A DNA stretch of 60,000 nt, counting the filler, from Sphacelaria rigidula (Eukaryota): NCBI GenBank assembly GCA_964200075.2. It is 9 parts of 9 records of this genome, joined end to end, with 100 filler letters (N's around TTAATTAATTAA, not from the genome) between each part and the next. Parts side by side here need not be neighbours in the genome. Positions count along the whole stretch, not along the records: positions 20,035 to 26,612 come from CAXNAA020019248.1; positions 26,713 to 33,290 come from CAXNAA020019249.1; positions 33,391 to 39,968 come from CAXNAA020019250.1; 6 more parts are not named here. One strand, 5' to 3'. Positions 23,904-36,011 of this stretch are shown piece by piece. The notes under the pieces were generated by a model. The model ran no database searches, had not been told where the DNA came from, and worked only from the letters and a program-made list of their open reading frames with translations. Position numbers and translations under genes: made by a program. The stretch's first letter is position 1; every line of letters begins with the position of its first letter.

Positions 23904-26542
23904 ATGAGTCACACCGCCACCAGTTCCGACCGCATGGGGCCCGTTTTTAAACGGGTACCTACATTTTCAAACGATAAGAACACCTTCATTGCATGGAAAG
24001 ATCAGCTGCGAGTAGCTATACCTATCGTTGACAAGCCGATGTTCGCCGTTCTTAACGGTCAACGAAGGCCTACTGACGAACCAGCAGGGCGCAAATGGGA
24101 CCGAAAGAACAGCGACCTGTTTTCGATGTTGTTTCTTTCAACGATCGGGCCTGCAGCTGCGACCATCCGCGGTTCTTGTACACAGAGGATGGAGATCTTG
24201 ATGACCCGCGGGTCGACGATGGGCAAGGTGCGTGGAAGGCCCTGGTCGAGAAGTTCGACGGCAACACCAAAGCGGCTAGGCGGGCAGTTCACACTCAGCT
24301 GGTTAGCCGCACGATGAAACCGGGCGAGGACCCCGAAAAATTCTTCCAAGACATGGACGAAACTCGTCTGCGTCTGGAGGGTCTCGGGGATAAAATACAC
24401 GACGATCGCTACGAGGACATTACCCTCGAGGCGATAACCCCCGAGTACGACTTCGTGCCCACGAAATACTACATCAAGCGCGACTTCGGCATCGATAACA
24501 TTCGCACCGCAATTTGCAACGTGTACAATGATTGAAATTTTGATTCGTCAACTGCATCAACCGTGGCCGAGCCTGGAGCGGCCATGCAGGCTACATCTGG
24601 TATTCAGTGTCATCTTTGCAAGGGGTTTGGGCATCATCAACATGAATTCCCGAACAGCAAGCGAAGTCGGACACGGCCGAGTAATCCGACACGGAGACGT
24701 CAAAAGGCAGATAAGAAGGAGGAAAGTAACGAAGCATCAAAATGGTGCTCGTATCATAGAACAACACACAGCGACGCTGAGTGCAAGGCACAAGAAAAGA
24801 AAGCAGCATCGAATGGAAGCGTCAACATCGCCAATGTAAGCATTTCCCGGCCGTTCATCCCGCCGCCTGCCGCGGCGACGACTGCAAACAGCAATTCGTC
24901 CGGACCAGTCGGAGGATCCCAGCAACTTGTGATGACGGAGTCGGCTCCTCTAGTGTTTTCCTTCGGTGCGTCCAACCCACCACAGCATGTTGGACTCTCA
25001 GAGAACGCATTCGACCTCTTCGGTGCCTTCGCTGGGGGTACCTGGTTAGCTTTCATGGCGGCGGCACCAACGGCGGACAGCCAACGACACCAACTCCGTA
25101 ACCTGGCTGATGGACAGTGGCGCGACCGGCCACTACTTGGACACCAACCTCGAGTCGGGTGTATTAGCTCGGGCGCGTGAGTACACGGCCCTCGAACGGC
25201 GGTTCAAAATTGTAACAGGGGGACAGAATGAAATCGAAGCGGTTGAAACTGCCACCATCCATGGTACAGTCACCGACAGAGAAAAGAGGGCGCACCATGT
25301 TGTTGGTGTGAACAGCCTTTTCAGTGTAGTCTGCAGTACTGACAAACCACGGTACGAAGGTATCTGTCTTTACTCGACAGTGTCAGTTACATGCGGTGGG
25401 ATTTGATACCGTAGTAGGCGTATATCTTGTACTTACGTACGTGATGTCTGACTGGGGAGGTCTACCTGTCATGGTGTTGAGGTAGCCACACTCAGTCACT
25501 TCCTTCTCTTCCTTCTCTTATTCTCTTCCTTCTGTTTCCTTCCTTGACTTGCTTAGTCAAGCGATGTAAGACTACTCTTCTNNNNNNNNNNCTCAGCCGT
25601 GTCCTTTGATCGACTTCATCAGTCGTGTCCAGCTGTCCCTCTTTATGGATCATGTGTCATGGAACACATGTCGCCCTCTCTTGCTTCGTCGTCCCCGGAC
25701 TCGGGCGTCATCTGTTCTCCGTGAAAGTGGCGACCAAGCAAGGTATCATCGCCATCTTCGATCAACATCATCCCCGCCTGGAGACTTCATCGCTCGTGCT
25801 TCCCCTGGAACAATCGGTTCATGATCAAGACCTCTGCACGTTCCGCATGAAGCTAGGCGGCCACGCGGAGCAGCAACCTGGAGGTGCTATGCACGTCAGC
25901 ACCGGCACAAACCTCTGGCATCGTCGACTTGATCACGTCGGCATCAAGTACGGAGCCGACGATGACTTTGCGAGGGATGTTCGCAAACATGGTATCAGCC
26001 TTTTCAACGACTCCATGACCACATCTGCTGGATCCTCGTCCAACAACCACGAACGTATCATCAAACTGTTCGGAGATCTACGCGACGTGACGGACCGCGT
26101 CAACGATCTCATCGGATATTCATCGAGAGAGGTCCCCGCTGGAGCTTCCCCGGGAGGAGTAGTCACTGAAGGCTCACCTCCAGTAACAACACCGTCAACT
26201 ACAGCGGGTTCTTCGCGTGTCAGCACGCGAGCGAACCCACAAGCCCCAATAGACATCATCTCCGGTGCAGGTACGAGAAGCGCTCAAGCCCGCGAACTAA
26301 AGCGCCCGGAGACTCTGGCCGATTCCTACGCCAGGGCAAATATGCGAGATATCGCTCACGAGGATGAAGTTTCCTTTCTGGAGTGTGCGTACTCTTCCAC
26401 AAACACCCAAATTCGAAGTTGTTCGGAGGGGGAGAAAGTGGTCATAGTGCCGAACACCTTTCAAGGGGCAATGCGACTGCCAGAGGCGAAGCAGTGGAAG
26501 GCAGCGTCAGACAAATAAATAAAAAACCTCCGTTCCAATAAT
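23904..26542 (+). pseudogene. Ty1/copia gag, protease and pre-integrase region, frameshifted, integrase core missing
   Basis: gag (FIAWKDQL, AWKALVEKFDG, MKPGEDP), decayed zinc knuckle CHLCKGFGHHQHE, WCSYHRTTHSDAEC, protease DSGATGHY and VPGLGRHLFSV, LWHRRLDH, pre-RT VPNTFQGAMRLPEAKQWKAA. Confidence 0.92.
25301..25666. mobile_element. Second nested LTR (solo LTR or collapsed element; contains a 10-N gap) in the protease
   Basis: TGTT...AACA termini with 5-bp TSD CATGT (25296-25300, 25667-25671). Removal restores EKRAHHVALSCFVVPGLGRHLFSV. Confidence 0.85.
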
Positions 26543-26612
26543 AACAACAAATTGTGCGAATTGAGGTTTAACTCCGAGATGAGGTTCAAGCCTAAAACAG
26601 TGCTTTCCCCAC
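26543..26612 (+). mobile_element. Terminus of the same unclassified TIR element
   Basis: Inverted match to 20035-20099; preceded by TAAT, the same 4-mer that follows the other terminus. Confidence 0.85.
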
Positions 26613-27719
26613 NNNNNNNNNNNNNNNNNNNNNNNNNNNNNNNNNNNNNNNNNNNNTTAATTAATTAANNNNNNNNNNNNNNNNNNNNNNNNNNNNNNNN
26701 NNNNNNNNNNNNTTGAAGAGCACCCAAGTTCTACTGTAACTCGGGAGAGTGCTGATGAGATGGATGTAGAAGAGATGAAGAGTGGGCCAGGTGGCGAGTT
26801 GCCCGGCTGCCCTCATCTGTACTGTACCACATTTGACACACTTGACTGTCTGTACTCGTACGTCACCCCGATCCACAGTTCTACGGAGATCCAGCGTTAC
26901 TAGGTATCTGAATCACTCGAACAACCGCTTGGTAATCGTTTGCCTAACATGTTGGAGTAGCTCGTCCTTGTGTTTCAGGACTATACTGGGGGGGGGGGCA
27001 TCGTGATTTGACCTGGTGCGGTCTGATATTGGATGTTTGTCTCTTGTTGGCATCGTAGGGTACTGTCGGTGTCTACTGTTTAGTCGAATTCGCTTTCTAC
27101 TTTGAGTAGTGCGAAGTTTTGGAGGGTGCTGTAGAGTAGTCCACCTACTGCATACATGCGACATGTAGATACGCGGTGGATCCTGGATTGGTTGGTTGGA
27201 GGATGACTGTTGGATGCGTAACATCTCGTGTTCATGAGGAAAGCCCATGAAGCTTACTTCCGGTTTAATGAAGATAACTGTTTGTATAACTGCTCTGTCT
27301 TGGAGTCTCTGAAGCCCTGCTGGGGAGGAAGCCTTTGGAGCAAGCACTTCACCTTGTTCTGAGTCCAGACAAGTCTATTGAGATCGAACAGTCACGCAGA
27401 CCTTCTTGGCATGCGGAGTGAAAAAACAATACCTCTGGCGGTGACTTAGCTGTTGCTAGCGTGATCCACATGGGGGCTGGCATATTGTAACCTGCGAGCT
27501 TCTGTGATGTATAATTGGTAGCGTGGGGAGGGTTGTTTCTTCAATTTTTCGACTCTGAGGAGGTCATCACAAGCTGAGGCGAGATACGGTTTCACCAGGA
27601 ACAAGCGTGTTCTATTATGAAATGCTTCCCGTTTTATTCGTGACCCACGCTGTTAAGCGTTAACCAGAATGTTTTACCGCAGATACGCTGTTGAGCTGGC
27701 TGTCAAGCAGCGTAGTTGA

Positions 27720-27865
27720 CAGTACTCGGAAGAAGCAGGGGCAATTCGTTGTCGCACTGCCTGCCTGTTGCAGTTCGATGCGTACAATTGCACAGAGAAA
27801 CGAAAAGCTCTCATAATTCCAAATACATTCACAGAATCAAAACGGCTTCCAAGAGCCGAGGAAGC
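27720..27865 (+). pseudogene. Highly decayed copia pol fragment
   Basis: KALIIPNTFTESKRLPRAE resembles KVVIVPNTFQGAMRLPEAK of the contig 4 element. Confidence 0.5.
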
Positions 27866-28269
27866 GCTCCCTTTCGGTTCGGTCAGATGCAAGAAAAAAC
27901 GATGCCATAGCTTTTGCTGGTCCTACGGAACATTACCGGGGACAGGGAGTTTTCTTCGAATGACATTCCGCAGTCTTCAGCCTTAAGCGCGTTTCCAGCA
28001 ACGAAGTTGTTTTCCGAACATGAACGAGTGCATTTCACTCAAGTTCTATGCTAATAGATTACTCTGCTTCGCAATCGCGCTTCCAATTTTCTTTTTTCCT
28101 TTTCCTTTGTTAGGCTACTTGTTATACTTGTATGTATCGAAAAAAATATAACTTGTTGAAAAGTGCCTTTTTTACCCTTTTCCTTCGTTTTTGCCCCGAG
28201 AAGAAGCCTCAGCGGATGTTGACACCTCAGATCATTCCAGAGCACCTTTGCGTTTTCCGTAGGTCACAG

Positions 28270-28474
28270 TGTAGTGCGTGAGAGGACCACGTGCTTAGAG
28301 AACCGCACCGTAGCTCGAAAAACCTCAGTATCGACGTTTTCCAAAACCAATCGGGTCAGTCCCGGCAGGTACCACGACCTTGACTCCAACACTAACCCTA
28401 AGCTTAACCCCAGCCATAGGGATGTTCAACTTCCGACGCGGTCCTCCAAGCACGCGGTCCTCTCACGCATTACA
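28270..28474. mobile_element. MITE with TGT...ACA termini and 4-bp TSD (Ginger-type signature); second copy 38684-38882
   Basis: About 38-bp TIR TGTARTGCGTGAGAGGACCRCGTGCTT; TSD ACAG at 28266-28269 and 28475-28478; internal CTAACC(C)-like repeats. Confidence 0.8.
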
Positions 28475-30405
28475 ACAGTTTCGTTCTTGATAAAAAATTG
28501 GGCAGTACATTTATGGGTAGGAATTGCAGATTTCCGGTACTATATTCATGAAAAGTGCAAGCTAAACGCTACATGCGTCAGAAGTGGCCCATAATCCAAC
28601 GAGCCATATCAACGGAAAATACAAGCGCCACCTACAAATGACGATTTGGCTTATGAGAAATGAAATATATTTCTAGCAGATTCATTCAAGTCTGGGAGTG
28701 GTCGGTGTTGAGGTGATTTTGTTCCTTCGGATTGGAGAGTGAATTTCTCATGGGCCCCATGGGGTCAGGGTCATGGCATGAGTAGGAGAAATATCATCTT
28801 GTCAGCCGTTTGGGCACGGTCTGGTTCTCTCTGTCCAGATCAACATCTTCAATGTCAATTTTCCCCAATTCTCAGTATGTACGTATGTACGGTGTACAGG
28901 CAGTCATTTTGAACATCGTGGCTCTACGTCTCTAGGCATACATGGTGCGCAGTCTGAAATCAAAATCACTCTTCGCGTCTTGGCTTCTCCGCTAGAACTC
29001 TCAGACACAACAACCGAAGTTCATGTGTGACCTTGCTCTCTGCAACTCAATGAATGAAGTGTACTCGCGGGTGAAAGGCGAATTTGCCCTTTGTGCACAG
29101 TCGTACAGAACGAAGCAGTACCTGGTGGCATCCACAAAGTGAAATGCTATCCGTCACACACTGCTTGCAAAAAAATAAAAGACGCAGCAAAAAACGAAGG
29201 TTAAAGGTTGTAAAACATGGCATAGTTTGCATCTCATTCTAATACTCTTAATAGTATATACAGACAGTTACTAAATACATGACCGTGGTCGCCAGCAGAT
29301 GTGACGCACATACTCGTGCTAAAATCGCTCTCGACGACTTGACTTCTGCGCTGGAGCCCTGACATGAAGCAGCCGCCAGCTTTGTCTTTCTTCTGTCAAC
29401 TCTCCCTCTGTAGTCCGACACTTCAAAGGATACTCGCCGTTGAAAGGCGAAATCGCTTTTTGTGCACAGCCGCACAGAACAAAGCAGCGCCTGCGGGCAC
29501 GCAATTAAAATGCATCTTCGACCTCGAAAGGGGGCACGATTTCTTTGAATTTGCCATCTTCGACCTCGAAAGACGGTACTGATCCACAACCCAAAAGTGC
29601 CAATCGCGCAACGCTTACAACTCGACACCGAAGCGGGGGATTGGACTGCGGTTTCTTGCGCGCGCTTCCCACACACCCATGCTCCGTCGCCTAGTTTGGT
29701 TTTCGCGTTTGAGCGTGATGCTGCCTCCCAAATAACCCAAATGTACTAAAATAAGGTGTTTTCCGCTCTGGGGGGGCATTTTCGGGCCGCTGACGCGACG
29801 ACAGCAAAATATCAAACTAGGTCCCCTAGATCTTGTGTGTATGCGAGGGGCTGTCAAGTGCCGTGGACCGTCCGCACGAGAAGCAGCAACAGCAGCAGCA
29901 TATTTATTGCCTGTAAATGTACGTGGCTGGGTGTGGGTCTGAATCAACCGGCGCCGATGCTGCTGCTGCTGCTGCTGCTGCTCTTAATCCTAGACGGTCC
30001 GCGTTTCGACCGTGCGACAACACCCCCACGCACCTTGCGAGTGATAGTCACCGCGCTGGACAGCGCTGACACACACACACAAATCGGCACCGGACCTAGC
30101 ATACTAGATTAGAACGGCACGTGATTTCTCGTGATGCTGCAGAACTGCTGTGTTGTCTTGTGTTGAGTGTAGTACCCTGTACTCGATATAATAGATCGCT
30201 CTGCTTCGCATCACATTTCCAATTTTCCTATCCTTTCTCACATCGAAATGGAATGGAAAAGGGACAGAAGAGACAGACGCCCTCAATGAAGAAAAGCAAG
30301 AACGGCATACAACCAGAAGAAGGGACGGAAAGAAAGTAGGGGCCATAGATTGACGATGACAATTCTTTCGCGCATCGCACCACGCAAATTCCAGATATTA
30401 TCGTT

Positions 30406-31239
30406 CTAGTCCGAGTGACGTCCTTTCACGTGCGCAAGGGTGCGCAGGAAGGCGGAGCTGAGACCGGAGTCGTCGTTCGGCAAGTTTCCGCTAGGTTCTC
30501 TAGATCTATCCCTGGCCACTACTTGTAGATCCGTCTTGACGTACACGTACAACACGTGCCTCACGGAATGCCAGTGGGCATCGAACGAGGCAAACGCGCT
30601 AGTGCCACCCCCAGTAGTGCAACCATACTTGAGCCACTTCCACTGCAAACGCAACTGCGTGACGTAGTGGGCGCCCACCCAGATGAGTTACACAACCGAG
30701 ATCAAGGAGTACTCTACGCCTCAAGAGAGAGTCTCGGACGCGTCGGGGGGGACGCCAACGACTGCGTCGACGGCAGCAGCACTCGACGAAATAAAGAGGC
30801 GGTCGGGGGCGTTGATAGCCGAGAAAGGCAGGAAATTCCAAAACCACATGTCCGATGGGATGATCCCGCATGAAGGACAAACTCTCGCCCCGGGGTAAGA
30901 AAAGTCAAGACAAGTACTTCCCAACAATAAATTAATCCGGTGGCCTGCAGAGTTCTACTATTTCCGTGAGGAACCATGAAAATAGCTGGGTCAGGCAAAG
31001 CCGCAGATTGCTCGAGCGTTATCGTCCGCAGGCTGTGGTCGTCTACAGAGCAAGTAACGTGGCGCCTCCACGAGATCCCTACATATTCTCGCTGGCACGT
31101 GAGACTTGCATCCTTGGCAAACGGTTTCGAACACGCTCGCCGTGTCGCCTATTTGATCACCGCTTCCGGGTAAACCGCCGTCTGACATGACGAAGTTGCG
31201 CGCTTCCGCCAGCTTCACCTGGTGAAGGTTAGTTGGCAT
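30406..31239 (-). pseudogene. Intronless degenerate USP/peptidase C19-like coding sequence
   Basis: Three listed ORFs share one frame, broken by stops: GDQIGDTASVF, CQGC, CPSC..APDRLFI, VEYSLISVV*LIWVGAHYVTQLRLQWKWLKY, VLYVYVK. This resembles the USP His-box region. Cys box not seen. Confidence 0.5.
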
Positions 31240-32942
31240 TTGGGAGAGTTAGACGATGAAAGAGAGCTACGTAGCCGAATCAGTCCCAGGGTGGTTGAAT
31301 TCAGGAAGTGCGATTTAGTGAAAAATCTACCCGGCCAGTCCAAAACGAAGGGTTCGTCCGGCCGGTCGGAATAGAACCGCAGATTTGCATAAGGTCATCT
31401 GCAGAAGGCCTTCGGTGCACCTTTCCTAGCTCTGCTGCCTCTTTAGGGCCAAGCACCTTTGATCAATCGACTCTTTGGGGCTCTGATGGCGTGTCTCACC
31501 ACTTTCGTTTTCGATCGAAAAATTGCGGTCGAATTTATTTTTGCCGATCTCATAGGCCCACCGCATTCACGTCCCTTGAAGGTTTCAACTCGAAATTATA
31601 AACTAGCGGCGCGCGGAGAAGAATGCAACGAGGTATAAAACAATCGTTTGAGATTGAAAACATGCGGTCGAAAGGCACGAAGCGGCACGTGACTCCTATC
31701 TTACAAATAGGCTTCTACTTGTGATGCTAGGAAGGTAATTTTTTATGCTAGTGATGAAGAGTTTCGAAAAACGTTTTTTTCCATTTCAGAGCGCAAATAT
31801 CTCAGGAGCAGAGTGCAGATGAATAAAAACCCACTCATTAAAAAAAAGTCAAGAGGATACCACATTTGACGGAGGGGAAACAAATTTTCGTTACACTCTG
31901 ATCTTGAGATATTTGCCCTCTGAAATAAGGGTTTCCCGAAAATCTTTATCACCAAAAATAATGCTCGTAAAGTGGAATTTATGCTCGATTTATGCTCGCA
32001 TGTTCAAACAAATTATGCTCGATTCATGCTCGCAACATGAGATTCATGCTCGATTATGCTCGTAATATCCAGCAAGGATAGCATCCTCGACCGGATACAG
32101 ACCCACCGATCACCATATGTATGTTATATATGCAGAGGGGGGCTCTCAGTAGTGCCCGTATGTGCCCACCACGGACACCGGCACTACTCAGAGAGTTCGG
32201 CACTACTCTGAAAAGTGCCAAAACAGGTGCAATGGAGGGCTCTGAATACCTCAGTCGTGCCGGTTCTGGCACTACTGACGACCGTCCGTTCGTACAGTGC
32301 TACTCCTGCCCTTCGTGGGACCAACGGAAGCACAAAACGGACGAGGACGTTTGTTTCAAGGAGTTTCGATAGGATACGTCACGTAAGGTTTCGGGGTAGC
32401 AGAACTAAACCCGATTGTTTATTGTTTTTCGCATTTAACGTGGTTGATCCTGTTCACAGGTTGATCATTTCCTTCCCGACTAGCACAACAGCAACAGTAC
32501 GGCCACAAAAGTTGCTCATGGCGAGAGACCTTCCCGACAAGAAACATAAGGACACATCTGCACCCAACGCAACTAGGAAGGTGCGGCATCTGGTGTGGAA
32601 AAAAATTCACGAAAGAGTACGCCGCCAACCAAAAGGAGTGAGCGAGAAAGAATGAACCACACTCCTTTTCACTTCCTACCGGCTACCGAGACAAGGAGAG
32701 AGAGAAACAAACGGCCTCGAAGAAAAAACACACCGATGCAGCAAACTAGACACGACTTCTCCCGTGGCTGTGCTCGGGCGTAGATGCTACGGGCTACCCG
32801 ATAACGGTGATAACCGGCACTGTTGAGGGTACGAAACCGTTCAAACCGGCCCTACTGAGGGTCATCTGTCAGTAGTGCCGCCCGGCACTACTGCGAGCTC
32901 TGGCTGTGCCCGGAGATTTTACCGGCAATATATAGGTGCCTC

Positions 32943-33290
32943 CCCCGCGTGCATTTTGTTTTGCTTTTGTGCTGCTGAGTGTTGATCGCGTGGACCTTGC
33001 GGTTCATGCGAGCTATCGTTTGTCAAATTTGACGTCAACACGCCGGAGATACGGCATGCCATATCTCAACCTTCATCCATGATCGGAGGTAAACCAACAG
33101 GAAAATTTCCGAATAATTTCACAGAATGGGCCTTACCTTCCCGCGTGCATTTTTTTTCTGATTTTATATTGCTGCGTGTTGATCGCGTGAACCTTGCGGT
33201 TAATCCGCGCTATCGTTTGTTGAATTGACGCCAACACGCTGGAGATATGGCATGCCACATCTTAGCCCCTGATCCATGATCGGAGGTAAA
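32943..33290 (+). repeat. Two diverged direct repeats, period about 197 bp
   Basis: CCCGCGTGCATTTT...GTTGATCGCGTG...TCCATGATCGGAGGTAAA at ~32944 and ~33141. Confidence 0.85.
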
Positions 33291-33846
33291 NNNNNNNNNN
33301 NNNNNNNNNNNNNNNNNNNNNNNNNNNNNNNNNNTTAATTAATTAANNNNNNNNNNNNNNNNNNNNNNNNNNNNNNNNNNNNNNNNNNNNCGATCAAAAG
33401 CCCATAACGGACTTTACTTATGGGACAGAGGAAGTATATATCACTGCTGTTAGAAACATGTTTGCGGAGAGCCCGTTCTCGACAGTCCGGAGTCCCAGTT
33501 ACCCTAAATAATACTAAGGAGAATCGTGTCCCACGGCCAACAGTTCATCACCTGTGAAGTTTCCCAATAATAGACTTGACTTTCCCGGGACCATCCCACC
33601 TGTGTGCTTCCACACTACATACATCAACACAGCCCTAACGGCAGAGTAACTCTTCGGTTAAGACACCGTATTCTAATGTTCACGCCTAAAATAATCTCAA
33701 CAAAACAAATGTTGGGCGACCAGACCAGGCCAGACCGGACCAGCACAAATCCCCTTGTCATATCTACATGTTACTCAATACCTCGACCTCTCCCCATTCA
33801 TTTGCTCATTCACTTTTGCAGTAGTACTGACTGTGTGTGCACCCAC

Positions 33847-33978
33847 CTTCATGAGAGTAATGAGGGCCTTCATCGATATGATGGGCGACTCCGCCAGGGG
33901 CCGAAATCGAAGGAGGTCGAAGAAGCTCATCATCGTCAGCTGGTTCTCCCACAGAGCAATAACGATCTTGCTCACGTA
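33847..33978 (-). CDS. Kinase-ANTH gene, exon E (ANTH-like: YVSKIVIALWENQLTMMSFFDLLRFRPLAESPIISMKALITLMK)
   Basis: CTAACAG acceptor, AAG|GTGGGT donor, 132 nt phase 0; RPL...IISMKALITL resembles an ANTH/ENTH helix motif. Confidence 0.8.
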
Positions 33979-34213
33979 CTGTTAGTGTTTTTTTACCCCC
34001 CCCCCCCCATTTCGCACGAACAATACAACGAATGAACAAGAAACAGCAAACAGCGTTATGTAAGAGCTACGCACATTTGATCACAGCACACCATACCTTA
34101 TGAACAACTACATAATCGATTCGAAGGGGAGCACGGCGTGCTCCGCCCTGGCTTTGTCGGGATGCGAGGTCAATGGTCTTTCGACTGCGGCATGCAGAAC
34201 CATCAGTACCCCC

Positions 34214-34652
34214 CAGCCTGGACAATGAATTACATCATCAAAAAGTGTATTGCGTACAGTATTGAGTACTGCGTCTGTTACAATAGACATTAGTGTGGAG
34301 GTCGTGAGACCCGCGGTGAAGGTAGGAACCGTCAAAGGTGGCCGATGATTTTCCTCGTGTTATGTAGTCAAGGATTGATCGTAAGTCATGGGGTTTAGAC
34401 AATTAGATCACTCTGGAGAGCTCGACGAGCGCGAGCTAATTAGCCAGGAGAGCTACTTAGCCAGGAGAAGTGATCCCCGGGGATTGACCGCAGTTTGCTC
34501 ACCGCTTTTCACATCCGGGAAAACAAATTACATTGTCAAGAAGTGTATCTTGTACAGTATGGACTCTATTGCCTATTTATTGCAATAATAGACGCAATAG
34601 TCGATACTGTACGCAGTACACTTCTTGACAAAGCAATCTTTTGTCCAGGCTG
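34214..34652. mobile_element. Intronic MITE-like element with long imperfect TIRs
   Basis: CAGCCTGGACAA...TTGTCCAGGCTG termini with about 70 bp of imperfect inverted similarity; no clear TSD. Confidence 0.6.
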
Positions 34653-34944
34653 TGCAATGTACGGCCACACAAAGAGAGGAACCCTCGCTATAAACCGTAC
34701 AGAGACACGTGGTGGTGTATCATCCCCCCTCTCCCTGAATACCACCTCTGGAAGATAACTTTTCGGAGTTCCAATAACGCCAAATTTACACCGACGGTCG
34801 ACTGTATGTACATACTGTTGTCATAATCCAGACCAGCACACGCTAAAGGAGCGAGGAAAAGGGATTTAGTCTTATCTACACTACTGGCAACAACAAAAAC
34901 CGTCAGCGCTTTCCGACGATAACACAGGACAAGCGCGCGCGCGC

Positions 34945-34980
<36 letters not shown>

Positions 34981-34982
<2 letters not shown>

Positions 34983-35122
34983 TCGGCTTTGGACCCGTGG
35001 CGCTCTGCGACGTAGTTTTGAGCACCCACAATCGCTTCCGTTGCTCGCCCCCCATCAGCTTATACCATCTCGACTGCATACCGTCTTTAACTCGCGCCAT
35101 CCAAGTCGAGTTAGATTCTCCA
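34981..35122 (-). CDS. Kinase-ANTH gene, exon D (GESNSTWMARVKDGMQSRWYKLMGGEQRKRLWVLKTTSQSATGPKPK)
   Basis: TAG acceptor, AAG|GTGTGT donor, phases match both neighbours; VLKTT....PKPK|YV corresponds to the ANTH start motif KAT....PKxKH. Confidence 0.8.
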
Positions 35123-35767
35123 CTACCGGTCGTAAAAAATGGCACAAGCCCCCACCCCAAAACCAAAGGGTTGGAGAGAAACGGGAGAAAACGGGTGGAG
35201 ACGGGCGAGAGGGAGGAAAAAGGTAAAATAAAAACACGTGGGAAAAAAAAAAAGAGGGGAGAAGAGATGGTAGTTGGTCAGAAAGGGGTCAGGTGGTATT
35301 CAGAGACCGTGTGAAAAGCGGTGAGCAAAAAATAACGATACTACTATATGCGTCTATAATGTTGAAGTATGGTCGCCGCCGTAGCAAGGGTACATCTGCG
35401 TGCGTGCTTCAGAAAAAGTACGAATATGCAGGGTCATGAATACACAAAATATTTAAGACGTATATATTACGACACGCATGAAAAACAAATAAATATAGCA
35501 GCTACACCAACCAAGCTACCCGATGATTGATGCTGCGATACCCCCCCTCCCCCCCCCCCGAAAAAAATAAATAAAATGGCCGCTTTGAGTAGGCAGTGCC
35601 TACACGTGAATCAAATGACAAATGCCAAGCACACTTAGTAGCTGGGAACTCCCGCTCTTGGGATCATCACCAATGTCGGCCATATCTGAGGCACTTCATG
35701 CAGTCTGAAACCAGCCATCATGCTCGATATGGACAACTTCTTCGTGACAATTTTGGGACTGGTTTGG

Positions 35768-35798
<31 letters not shown>

Positions 35799-35843
35799 CT
35801 ATCGCGATATTACTCCAATCAGAGACAAAACCAAAACACGAAC

Positions 35844-36011
35844 CTGCCAGTGTGTGCTTTGGTGACTTTCTGCGACCTTCTCGGACTCGCGGTCACGCTA
35901 GCCGTTTTCCCTCTGCTGTTGAATCCCCCAAACTCTGCCGAGGACGTGCGTAACCCCCCGATTGGCCCACTACGCCTGGTAGTGTTCCCCGACTGCGACC
36001 TCCCATTTTGC
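35844..36011 (-). CDS. Kinase-ANTH gene, exon C (S/R/G-rich linker)
   Basis: CGCAG acceptor, CAG|GTTCGT donor, 168 nt, phase 2 to phase 2, open frame QNGRSQSG...KAHTG. Confidence 0.7.
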
